NCBI GenBank assembly: GCA_021203045.1
Contig: JAJQBY010000119.1
Location: 1,927-65,926, forward strand
DNA from: Oscillospiraceae bacterium
Lineage (GTDB): Bacteria > Bacillota > Clostridia > Oscillospirales > Oscillospiraceae
Reading direction: 5' to 3'
DNA: 64,000 bases
This document shows positions 45,971-57,164 of this stretch, one piece after another (within the stretch, counting starts at the first letter, position 1; each line of letters opens with the position of its first letter). The position numbers were made by a program, and so were the translations under genes. The notes beneath the pieces were generated by a model. It searched no databases, was not told the origin of the DNA, and worked only from the letters and a program-made list of their open reading frames with translations.

Positions 45971-47209
45971 ATGGCTGAAAAACTTGTAGGCGCCTGTATC
46001 ATCGGGCAGTCCGGCGGGCCTACGTCGGTCATCAACGCCAGCGCCTATGGCGCTATCACGGCGGCGCTGGCCGCAGAGGAGATCACCCAGGTCCTGGGGG
46101 CGGACCACGGGATAACCGGCGTGCTGGGAGACAAGCTCTACGACATGGGTCTGGAGGACCCGGCGGAGCTGGCCTATCTGAAAAACACCCCCGCCTCGGA
46201 GCTGGGCTCCTGCCGGTACAAGCTGGCCGACCCGGATGAGGACGACACCGACTATAAGCGCATCCTGGAGGTGTTCAAAAAGCACAACGTCCGCTATTTC
46301 TTCTATAACGGCGGCAACGATTCCATGGACACCTGCGACAAGATCAGCCGGTATATGGCCCGTTCCGGCTGGGCCTGCCGGGTCATGGGCATCCCCAAGA
46401 CCATCGACAACGACCTTTACGGCACCGACCACTGCCCCGGCTTCGGCTCTGCGGCCAAGTATATCGCCACCAGCTGCATGGAGGTATCCAGGGACAGCCG
46501 GGTCTACCCCACCGGACAGGTCACCATCATCGAGATCATGGGCCGTCACGCCGGGTGGCTGGCAGGCTCCGCCGCCCTGGGCTCCTGCTTCGGGGCGGGG
46601 CCCGATCTGGTATATCTGCCGGAGCGGGATTTCGATATGGAGGCGTTCCTGAACGACGTGGAGCGCATCTATAAGGAAAAGGGTAGCTGCCTGGCCGCCG
46701 TGTCCGAGGGGCTCCACTTTGCCGACGGCACCTTCGTATCCCAGGCCCAGACCAGCAGCACGGACGGCTTCGGCCATGCCCAGCTGGGCGGTCTGGCCTC
46801 CCGTCTGGCGGAGATCGTGAAGGAGCGCACTGGGGCCAAGGTGCGTCCTATCGAGCTGAGCCTTTTGCAGCGTTGCGGCGCTCATCTGGCCTCCAAGACC
46901 GATGTGGAGGAGGCGGAGCTGGCGGGCCGCGTGGCGGTGGAGGCCGCTGTGGCGGGCGAGACCGGCAAGATGGTGGCCTTCAAGCGGACGGAGACAGACG
47001 GCCGCTATGCCTGCGAGACCGTGCTGCTGCCCCTTTCCGCCGTGGCCAATGCGGAGAAGAAGGTCCCCCCGGAATGGATAAACCCGGAGGGGAACTTCGT
47101 CACCCAAGAATTCATCGACTACGCCCTGCCCCTTATCCAGGGTGAGCCGGAGCGGCCGGTGGAGCAGTCCCTGCCCCGGTATGCCAGGCTGAAGAAGATA
47201 CAGGCATAA
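45971..47209 (+). CDS. 6-phosphofructokinase, long clostridial type (probably PPi-dependent)
   Basis: IIGQSGGPTSVINAS, GGNDSMDT, IPKTIDNDL, MGRHAGWLA. The PPi dependence is inferred from resemblance to clostridial PPi-PFKs and is unverified. Confidence 0.8.
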   Translation: MAEKLVGACIIGQSGGPTSVINASAYGAITAALAAEEITQVLGADHGITGVLGDKLYDMGLEDPAELAYLKNTPASELGSCRYKLADPDEDDTDYKRILEVFKKHNVRYFFYNGGNDSMDTCDKISRYMARSGWACRVMGIPKTIDNDLYGTDHCPGFGSAAKYIATSCMEVSRDSRVYPTGQVTIIEIMGRHAGWLAGSAALGSCFGAGPDLVYLPERDFDMEAFLNDVERIYKEKGSCLAAVSEGLHFADGTFVSQAQTSSTDGFGHAQLGGLASRLAEIVKERTGAKVRPIELSLLQRCGAHLASKTDVEEAELAGRVAVEAAVAGETGKMVAFKRTETDGRYACETVLLPLSAVANAEKKVPPEWINPEGNFVTQEFIDYALPLIQGEPERPVEQSLPRYARLKKIQA

Positions 47210-47321
47210 CGCCGGATTATTCAATCAATCCTCACACAGAGACCCCCCTTTGCATAGGATGGCTTGCAAAGGGGGATTTCTTTTGGCAAATAATGATTCC
47301 TGCAACTATAAAGAAGGGCCG

Positions 47322-47729
47322 ATGACGGCCTGCGCGCCCCTGGCCGTGCCTATGGTGGCAGTCCAGCAGAGCAGTCAGCCGGCCTATGACAGCGGGGAGG
47401 CCCTGGCGAAGGGGACCCTGTTCCCGGGCCTGGACCTGCCCTTTATGGATTATGTGGCAACCGGCGGGGCGGAAAACGGCCCCCAGGCGGAGCTGATGGC
47501 CCTGGACTTCGTGCTCCAGGAGCTGGCCCTGTATCTGGACACCCACCCGGAGGACACCGAGGCCTTCAAGACCTGGAAGAATTTCGTATCCCTGGCGGAG
47601 AAGGGCCGGAAGCGCTATGTGGAGCTGTACGGCCCGGTGACCCGCCGGGAGACGGCAGGCTGCCGCTCCTGGGTATGGACCGAGGACCCCTGGCCCTGGG
47701 ATAACGGCGGAAAGGCAGGGAAAAGCTGA
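47322..47729 (+). CDS. Spore coat-associated CotJA-CotJB fusion protein
   Basis: CotJA-like PLAVPMVAVQQ...ALAKGTLFPGLDLPF is followed in the same ORF by CotJB-like LMALDFVLQELALYLDTHPEDTEA...YVELYGPV...DPWPWD. The maximal ORF starts at 47250. Confidence 0.7.
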   Translation: MTACAPLAVPMVAVQQSSQPAYDSGEALAKGTLFPGLDLPFMDYVATGGAENGPQAELMALDFVLQELALYLDTHPEDTEAFKTWKNFVSLAEKGRKRYVELYGPVTRRETAGCRSWVWTEDPWPWDNGGKAGKS

Positions 47730-48337
47730 TGTTTGTATATGAAAAGAAGCTGCAATATCCGGTGCGCATCAAAAACCCGGACCCGGCCATGGCCAAGTTC
47801 ATCATCACCCAGTACGGCGGGCCGGACGGAGAGCTGAGCGCCTCCCTGCGCTATCTGAGCCAGCGGTACTCCATGCCCTATCCGGAGCTGAAGGCCACCC
47901 TGACGGACATCGGCGTGGAGGAGCTGGGCCATCTGGAGATGATCGGGGCCATCGTCCACCAGCTGACCCGGAACATGACCATCGAGCAGGTAAAGGCGGC
48001 GGGGTTCCAGGAGTACTTTGTGGACCACACCGCCGGGGTATACGCCCAGGCCGCCGCAGGCTGGCCCTTCAACGCCGCGAGCTTCGCGGTGAAGGGGGAT
48101 GTGATCGCCGATCTCACGGAGGACATGGGGGCCGAGCAGAAGGCCCGGGCCACCTATGACAACATCCTCCGCATGGCGGACGATCCGGACGTGATCGATG
48201 TGATACGCTTCCTGCGGGAGCGGGAGGTGGTCCACTTCCAGCGCTTCGGGGAGGCCATGGAGCTGGCCACAGCCAGGATGGACCGGCGGAACGTATACGC
48301 GGTGAACCCGGCCTTCGATAAGACCGCAGGAAGGTAA
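47729..48337 (+). CDS. cotJC: Spore coat protein CotJC (manganese catalase family)
   Basis: MFVYEKKLQYPVRIKNPDPAMAKFIITQYGGPDGELSASLRYLSQRY, EELGHLEMIG. Confidence 0.9.
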   Translation: MFVYEKKLQYPVRIKNPDPAMAKFIITQYGGPDGELSASLRYLSQRYSMPYPELKATLTDIGVEELGHLEMIGAIVHQLTRNMTIEQVKAAGFQEYFVDHTAGVYAQAAAGWPFNAASFAVKGDVIADLTEDMGAEQKARATYDNILRMADDPDVIDVIRFLREREVVHFQRFGEAMELATARMDRRNVYAVNPAFDKTAGR

Positions 48338-48349
48338 AAGCTCATAGAT

Positions 48350-48420
48350 ATGCGATAACGTGAATAAAATTATCGCATAAGCGTGAAATATCGCTGGATA
48401 TGATGAAAATATCCAGCGAT
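48350..48420. terminator. Two hairpins in the convergent cotJC / ligA intergenic region
   Basis: atgcgataa/ttatcgcat (48350..48378) and atcgctggatat/atatccagcgat (48390..48420). The U-tracts are weak. Confidence 0.4.
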
Positions 48421-48449
48421 ATCGTATAATGTGCGAATAAACATAAAAT

Positions 48450-51097
<2,648 letters not shown>

Positions 51098-51148
51098 AGG
51101 CTCACCCCCTTATGGGATAGCTTATGGGCCGGGAGGCCGGGATATGCC

Positions 51149-52174
51149 TTATTCCGCCAGATACTGCAAAAACAGCCGGGCCAGCTTATACTGGTCCTGG
51201 CACTCGCTTTCCTTCGCAACGCAGGCCGGGGAGTGGATATTCCGCACCGGGACGGACAGAGCCGCCACCTGCACCCCCGTATCGGCCCGCTGGATGGCGG
51301 AGGCGTCCGTGCCCCCGGCGATGCGGGTCTTGGTCTGCCAGGGAATGCCGTTTTCCTCCGCAAGCCGGGTCAGGTCCTGATAGAGCCCCTTATGATAAAT
51401 AGTTCCCTTGTCCATGAAGGGGATGACTACCCCCTGCCCCAAGGCGCAGGTGCGGGCCACGCCCTCCACCCCGGGGATATCCGCCGCGGTGGTGCCCTCC
51501 AGAATCAGCGCCGTCTGCGGCTGTATGCTCCGGGCGGCGACGGCCGCGCCCCGGCAGCCCACCTCCTCCTGGACGGTGAAGGCGAACCAGCAGTCGCAAG
51601 AGAGGCGGCTCTCGATAAGCTCCAGCATGACGGCGCAGCCTGCCCGGTCGTCTATGGCCTTGGCGCGGATGTATCCGTCCCCGAAGCGGGTCGCCCCGTC
51701 CTCAAAGGCCACTGTGTCCCCCAGGGATACCTGGGCCTCGGCGGCTGCCTTATCCGGCGCGCCGATATCGATATACATGCTCTCTATCTCCGGCAGGGTC
51801 CTTCTCTGCTCGGCGGTGGTGAGATGGAAGGCCTTGGAGCCCACCACCCCCTTCACCCGCATGGGGCCCACATACACCCGCTTGCCGATGAGCACACGCC
51901 GGTCTATGCCCCCGATGGTATCGAACCGGAGGTAGCCCTCCGCCGTGACGCCGGTGACCATCAGGCCCACCTCGTCCATATGGGCGCAGAGCATGACGGG
52001 GGCGGTGCGGGGCCTGTCCCCCTTTTTGAAGATCATCAGGTTTCCCATGGGGTCGGTGCGTATCTCATCCGCAAAGGGCATAGCCCGCTCCAGGATATAG
52101 TCCCGCACCTCGTCCTCCCGGCCGGATACCCCGTCCAGGCAGCAGAGGGTCTCCATCGTGTCCAGCAGGGTCAT
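51149..52174 (-). CDS. M42 family metallopeptidase (glutamyl aminopeptidase / FrvX-YsdC-like)
   Basis: AHMDEVGLMV, KAIDDRAGCAV, FTVQEEVGCRGA. Confidence 0.85.
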   Translation of the reverse strand: MTLLDTMETLCCLDGVSGREDEVRDYILERAMPFADEIRTDPMGNLMIFKKGDRPRTAPVMLCAHMDEVGLMVTGVTAEGYLRFDTIGGIDRRVLIGKRVYVGPMRVKGVVGSKAFHLTTAEQRRTLPEIESMYIDIGAPDKAAAEAQVSLGDTVAFEDGATRFGDGYIRAKAIDDRAGCAVMLELIESRLSCDCWFAFTVQEEVGCRGAAVAARSIQPQTALILEGTTAADIPGVEGVARTCALGQGVVIPFMDKGTIYHKGLYQDLTRLAEENGIPWQTKTRIAGGTDASAIQRADTGVQVAALSVPVRNIHSPACVAKESECQDQYKLARLFLQYLAE

Positions 52175-53190
52175 AGGTCAGCCTCCTCTATATAAGCGGT
52201 CAGAAGGGCCCGGATGGCGGTCATATCGTCAATCCAGACGGTCTCCACTGGTGTGTGCATATACTTCAGGGGCAGGGACACAAGCCCTGTGGCCACCCCC
52301 TGGCGGGATATCTGGATGGCGGCGGCGTTGGTGCCGCTGTCTCCCGGGAGGGGCTCGGTCTGATGGGTGATGCCCCGGGCCTCCGCCGTGCGGAAAAGCC
52401 CCTCCGTCACCGCCCGGTTCAGATTGGGCCCTACCCCGATGGCGGGGCCGTGAAGCCCCTCTGTAAGGGCCTCCGGTCCGTCCGGGGTCTTGGCGTGGGT
52501 CACGTCCACCACCAGGGCCACATCCGGCTCCATGTCCCATGCGGCCACGGCCGCCCCCCGGCGGCCTACCTCCTCCTGGGTGCTGAGCTGACAGCATATA
52601 TCGAAGGGCAGAGGCTTGTCCTTCAGGTCCTCGTATACCTTCATGATGATGGCAGCGCAGGTCCGGTCGTCCAGGGATTTGCCGCAGAGCTGGCCCTCAC
52701 CCAGCTCATCGCAGCCCCCTACATATACCGCCGGGGTGCCGATGGGGACGGCCTTCTCCGCCGCCTCCTGTGTCATGCCTATATCGATATAGAGCTTCTC
52801 CGCCGGGATGGTCTTGCCGTCCTCCCCGGGGGCCAGAAGATGGGGCGGCATGGTGTCGATGACGCCGTATACCGGCGGGTCGGTGAGGACCTTCACCTCC
52901 CGGGCCGGGAGCATACGGGCGTCCACGCCCCCCAGGGTATCGAAGGACAAAAAGCCCTCCTTCACCCCGGTCACCACAAAGCCTATCTCGTCTATATGGG
53001 CGTCCAGCATGAGCATTTTCGCATTGGGACGGCCGCACCGGCGGATGGCCCGCAGGCTCCCCAGAGGGTCGGTGGTTATCTCATCCGAAAGGGGCCGGAG
53101 ATACTCGGCGCACCGGCGGTATACCGCCTCCTCCGACCCGGAGGGACCGGGGAGAGCGCAGAGCAGCTTTGTCAGCTCGATAAGTTCCAT
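52171..53190 (-). CDS. M42 family metallopeptidase (second paralog)
   Basis: AHIDEIGFVV, KSLDDRTCAA, STQEEVGRRGA. 4-nt overlap with the downstream paralog. Confidence 0.85.
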   Translation of the reverse strand: MELIELTKLLCALPGPSGSEEAVYRRCAEYLRPLSDEITTDPLGSLRAIRRCGRPNAKMLMLDAHIDEIGFVVTGVKEGFLSFDTLGGVDARMLPAREVKVLTDPPVYGVIDTMPPHLLAPGEDGKTIPAEKLYIDIGMTQEAAEKAVPIGTPAVYVGGCDELGEGQLCGKSLDDRTCAAIIMKVYEDLKDKPLPFDICCQLSTQEEVGRRGAAVAAWDMEPDVALVVDVTHAKTPDGPEALTEGLHGPAIGVGPNLNRAVTEGLFRTAEARGITHQTEPLPGDSGTNAAAIQISRQGVATGLVSLPLKYMHTPVETVWIDDMTAIRALLTAYIEEADL

Positions 53191-53199
53191 AGTATTCTG

Positions 53200-54585
53200 T
53201 CACTCCGTTTCCGTAACGATTCTGCGGAACGCATCGCCCCGCTCCTCGAAGTTTTTGAATCGGTCGAAGGAGGTGCAGGCCGGGGACAGCACCACCCGGT
53301 CCCCCGGCTGTGCCTCCCCTATGGCGGCCCGGACCGCCTCATCGAAATCGTCTATCATATGTATGGCAGGACCTGCGGGGAGATAGCCGGGCATATCCCC
53401 CACGGCGGCCCGCAGCTTCTCCGCCGCCATGCCGGTGAGATACAGGCTTTTCACCCCCTGGCACAGGACCGGGCCCAGCTCGTCGAAGGGCAGGCCCTTA
53501 TCCTTGCCCCCGGCGATGAGGATGACCTTCTCCTTGAAGCATTTGAGCCCCGCAATGGTCCGGTCCGGGCTGGTGGCGATGGAATCGTTTATGAAGGTGA
53601 CCCCGTTCCGCACCGCTACGGTCTCCAGCCGGTGGGGCACGCCGGGGAAGGTCTCCGCCACATGGGCCATCACGTCCGGAGGGACCAGCTCCCAGGCGGC
53701 GGCGAAGGCCGCCATCATATTATATATGTTGTGGTCTCCCGGGATGAGTATTTTGTTGGCGGCCACGATGGGGGTCTTGCGCCATATCCGGGTGTGATAA
53801 ATCGTCCCGTCCCGGCGGAAGAACACCCCGGTCTCCGGCCGCTCCCAATAGCTGAACCAGCGGATGCTGCATTTGGCCTCCTTGGCACAGGGGGCGGAGA
53901 GGGGGTCGTCCTGATTCAATATGAGCCGGGCGTCCGGCGACTGGTTCCGGAATATCTGCTTTTTGGCGTTCAGATAATCGTCCAGCGTGCCGTGCTTATC
54001 CAGATGGTTGGGGGTGAGATTCGTTACCACCGCCACATCGGGGGAGCAGACCATGCTGTGGAGCTGGAAGGAGCTGAGCTCCAGCACCGCTATATCCTTG
54101 GGGCCGATGCTGTCCACCTCCGCCAGGAGGGGACGGCCGATGTTGCCACCCAGCCAGACCTTATACCCCGCCGCCTGAAACAGCGCCGCCAGGATGGAGG
54201 TGGTGGTGGTCTTCCCCGCCGACCCGGTCACCGCGATGATCCGGCAGGGGCACAGGGACATGAACAGCTCCATCTCGCTGGTGAGCTCCGACCCGGCGGC
54301 CACCGCCCGCTGTATGGCGGGCTCGGTGGGCAGCACCCCCGGCGTCCGGAAGATGATATCCCCGTGCAGGGTATCCAGATTATCCGGCCCCAGGGAGAAG
54401 GTCACTCCCCGCTCCGCCCAGGTATCGTAAAACTCCCCCAGCTGCTCCCGGGTCGCCCGGTCATATACGGTGACCTCCGCCCCGGCCTCCGCCAGCAGGG
54501 GTATCAGGGGACGGTTGGATATCCCCGCCCCTATCACCGCCACGGTCTTCCCCCGCAGCGATGCAAGATATTCCTTTAAGCTCAT
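53200..54585 (-). CDS. murD: UDP-N-acetylmuramoylalanine--D-glutamate ligase
   Basis: VIGAGISNRPL, ATP site VTGSAGKTTT, GGKDKG. Confidence 0.92.
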   Translation of the reverse strand: MSLKEYLASLRGKTVAVIGAGISNRPLIPLLAEAGAEVTVYDRATREQLGEFYDTWAERGVTFSLGPDNLDTLHGDIIFRTPGVLPTEPAIQRAVAAGSELTSEMELFMSLCPCRIIAVTGSAGKTTTTSILAALFQAAGYKVWLGGNIGRPLLAEVDSIGPKDIAVLELSSFQLHSMVCSPDVAVVTNLTPNHLDKHGTLDDYLNAKKQIFRNQSPDARLILNQDDPLSAPCAKEAKCSIRWFSYWERPETGVFFRRDGTIYHTRIWRKTPIVAANKILIPGDHNIYNMMAAFAAAWELVPPDVMAHVAETFPGVPHRLETVAVRNGVTFINDSIATSPDRTIAGLKCFKEKVILIAGGKDKGLPFDELGPVLCQGVKSLYLTGMAAEKLRAAVGDMPGYLPAGPAIHMIDDFDEAVRAAIGEAQPGDRVVLSPACTSFDRFKNFEERGDAFRRIVTETE

Positions 54586-54679
54586 ACTATCCGCCTCCCA
54601 TTTGGTCTATTATACTACGCCACCGGCCCGGAAACAAGAAACGAAAAGCTACAAGTTTGGGGACCAACGGACAGGCGCG

Positions 54680-54715
54680 AAAAAACGGGGCCGCACCGGT
54701 TAGGGTGCAGCCCCG
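54680..54715 (-). terminator. Rho-independent terminator of the secreted-protein gene
   Basis: On the minus strand: cggggctgcacc / ggtgcggccccg (one G-U pair) followed by uuuuuu. Confidence 0.75.
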
Positions 54716-54749
54716 CTGTTATGGGCGTTTCCGCCGCTGCGGTAGGATA

Positions 54750-56786
54750 TCAGTAGACCCCGCCTGCGGCTACGAATTCCTCATAGGTCATGGCGACGCC
54801 GGATTCCAGCATCCCGCCATAGAGCATCTCCGCCGGGAAGGAGACATAATCTCCCACCTCGATGAGAGGCATGAACTCGTTCTCCACCTGGTCCTCGGTC
54901 AGAGAGGAGTTGACCTCCATCTCAGCCAGAAGCCACTGATGGATATACTCCGCATAGGCCTCGGCGCTGGTGTCGCCCTCGGCGGCGACGGTCTCGGCGG
55001 CAGGCTCGGCGGACTCGCCGGATGCGGCCTCGGCCGGCTCGATGATATAGCCGTCCTCGGTCTCGGTGATGACGCCGTTCACGGTGGAGGTCTCGTCCAC
55101 GATCAGCTCATCCACATAGCTGGTCTCGGTGACGTTCCAGACAGCGCCGTTTACAAGGGTCAGGGTGATGCCGGTGCAGTTTTCATAGGCCTCGTCATAG
55201 GCATAGACGCCGGTGCCGATGGAGCCGTCCTCGCCCCAGATGGCGTTCCAGTCCTCTACGTCATAGTTCACGACCTTGCCGGTCAGGGTGGTGCCGTCCA
55301 GGGTCAGCTCCATAGCGCGCTGATAGTCATAGTCCAGCACGTCGCCGGTGATATCGGAATCCTTCACGGTGATATCCATGGGGTTGGCCACGTCGCCGTC
55401 GGCGATCAGGTTGGCGTTGCCGTCGGAGTTCAGAACGGACATCAGGAACACGCCGCTCTGGCCGAATTCGGCCTCGTCATAGTTGGTCTCGAAGGTCACG
55501 TCCTCCAGATAGATCAGGGTGCTGCAGCTGCGCATCAGGATGGCGGGACCGGAGGTCCACAGCACGTAATTCAGGGTGTCCTCATAGAAGGAGGAGGCAG
55601 AGGAGGTGATATCCTCCGGAGTGTACCAGCCCTCGGGCATGGAATCCAGATCGAACAGGGTGTAATCGGTCACCAGGTCCGCGCCGATGGCGACGAAGAT
55701 GTTCTGCTGGTCCGCGCCCTTGCCGGTCTGGGACTCATCGGGCTTATGGACCAGGATGCTGTTCCGTCCGCCCACCAGGGTGGAACGGCCGACCTCCAGC
55801 TCCTCGCCCTCATAGGCCTCCAGAGCGTATACGGGATAGCCGCCGGCGAAGTCCTGATCGGAGGTGTCCAGCAGCTCTGCGGGGTGCTCCTCCAGGAATT
55901 CATCCCGCCAGCCGTTCAGCTCGGTGGCGTCCATATCCAGGGCGTCCCCGTCGAACAGATACAGCTCGCCGCCGGAGGCGATGATGGCGCCGTACTCCGC
56001 CCCTACCAGGGTGGTGCCGAACACATAATCCCGGCACTCATGATCGGAATAGATGGCATAGCCGCCGTCGGTGGTCTCCGCATAGGAGTTCACGGAAACG
56101 AAGTTCACGCCGTAGCCGGAGGCGCCGTCGGTGGACATGGCGGCCCAGCCGTCTGCCACCACGACGGAGTTATAATAATAGGTGGTGGAGTTGCCCTGGG
56201 ACAGGTTGGTGCGGGTGTGGCCCCATACCAGCAGGCCCTGGAGCGCCATAAAGTCGCTCACGTCCTCATAGCCCTCAACGCTGCCCACAGATTCCAGATA
56301 GGAGTCGGTGATGACCATGGTGTTGTTGGTGCCGTCCGCATACATAGCGGCGGTCTGGGAGCCGGTGGTGAGGATATACACGTTCTCCAGGGTGACAGAG
56401 GAATCGTCGCCGGTCAGGTGAATCATGTTGTCGCCGCCCTCGGCGTCCGCCGTGCCGACGAGAACGGAGTTATAGCTTCCGCTCTGGGCCACGGCGCTCT
56501 GGGAGAAATACTTCTCCGTCAGCTCCAGGACGGGCTCCGCCTCGTATACGTCCTCCTCTCCGCCAACGGAGGCAGCGCCGCCGCTGATGTAGATATAGGA
56601 CTCGCCCTCATAGCTGACGCCCTCGACCTCGAGGGTATCCCCCTCGCCCAGGACGTTCTCCGCCGAGGAGACCTCCTCAGAGGCTTCCTCCGTGGCCTCT
56701 CCGGAGGCCTCGTCGCTGGCGAAGGCAACGGCGCTCAGACTCAGGCACAGGGCCAGAACCAGGAGCAGAGCCAATAGCTTTTTCAT
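54750..56786 (-). CDS. Secreted, highly acidic protein of unknown function
   Basis: Signal peptide MKKLLALLLVLALCLSLSAVAFA, an Asp/Glu/Gly/Thr-rich body, and a paralogous C-terminus at 1..99. The equally long plus-strand ORF is judged an antisense artefact. Confidence 0.7.
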   Translation of the reverse strand: MKKLLALLLVLALCLSLSAVAFASDEASGEATEEASEEVSSAENVLGEGDTLEVEGVSYEGESYIYISGGAASVGGEEDVYEAEPVLELTEKYFSQSAVAQSGSYNSVLVGTADAEGGDNMIHLTGDDSSVTLENVYILTTGSQTAAMYADGTNNTMVITDSYLESVGSVEGYEDVSDFMALQGLLVWGHTRTNLSQGNSTTYYYNSVVVADGWAAMSTDGASGYGVNFVSVNSYAETTDGGYAIYSDHECRDYVFGTTLVGAEYGAIIASGGELYLFDGDALDMDATELNGWRDEFLEEHPAELLDTSDQDFAGGYPVYALEAYEGEELEVGRSTLVGGRNSILVHKPDESQTGKGADQQNIFVAIGADLVTDYTLFDLDSMPEGWYTPEDITSSASSFYEDTLNYVLWTSGPAILMRSCSTLIYLEDVTFETNYDEAEFGQSGVFLMSVLNSDGNANLIADGDVANPMDITVKDSDITGDVLDYDYQRAMELTLDGTTLTGKVVNYDVEDWNAIWGEDGSIGTGVYAYDEAYENCTGITLTLVNGAVWNVTETSYVDELIVDETSTVNGVITETEDGYIIEPAEAASGESAEPAAETVAAEGDTSAEAYAEYIHQWLLAEMEVNSSLTEDQVENEFMPLIEVGDYVSFPAEMLYGGMLESGVAMTYEEFVAAGGVY

Positions 56787-56953
56787 ATGAATGTTCTCCT
56801 TTCAAAAGATCGATGCAGAGCAGACTGCGCTCTGCTTGCCTGGATTTTAGCATGCTCGTTATAGTCCTGTCAACTGTTTTGATGAAAAAAGATTAAAAAA
56901 TTGTAATGTGACTTAGACCGGGAAATGCTCGTGAGGGTGAGGGAAAAGTGGCA

Positions 56954-57156
56954 AGTTAGGCGCAAAGCCTGTGATATCAAGGGATTGCTAACTTGACAGG
57001 GGTGAGCAGTTAGAAAACAGGAATGAGCGGTTAAGAATTATAAATAGAATTATTTTATTTTTATATTTTTATGTTCTCACTCCCTCCCGTCCTAACTGCG
57101 CAGGGGTGCGCAGTTAGCAATCCCAGTGATACCAATGGTTTGAGGCTAACTGCGCA
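56954..57156. repeat. Iteron-like repeats and inverted repeats flanking an AT-rich core (candidate replication origin)
   Basis: CTAACTGCGCA at 57092..57102 and 57146..57156; its reverse complement TGCGCAGTTAG at 57107..57117, giving a perfect palindrome with a GGGG spacer. Variants occur at 56954..56964 and 57006..57013. The ~22-nt inverted pair tgatatcaagggattgctaact (56972..56993) / agttagcaatcccagtgatacca (57112..57134) brackets the AT-rich block ~57033..57075. Confidence 0.6.
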
Positions 57157-57164
57157 CCCTGTGC

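Noticed and set aside
43414-47224. Long ORFs antisense to the ATPase-like gene (43414..45048), fba (44858..45937) and pfk (45929..47224)
   Set aside because: Shadow ORFs; in each case the opposite strand carries a recognisable enzyme.
48350-48420. Paired hairpins between cotJC and ligA as a possible small RNA or att site
   Set aside because: Their position between convergent genes fits transcription terminators, and I saw no repeat copy elsewhere in the window.
52255-56777. Two very long plus-strand ORFs (774 aa and 738 aa) opposite the M42 peptidase, murD and secreted-protein genes
   Set aside because: The minus-strand genes carry clear family motifs, a signal peptide, proper RBS/terminator context and a paralog. 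The plus-strand translations are low-information, His/Gly/Leu/Val-rich sequences.
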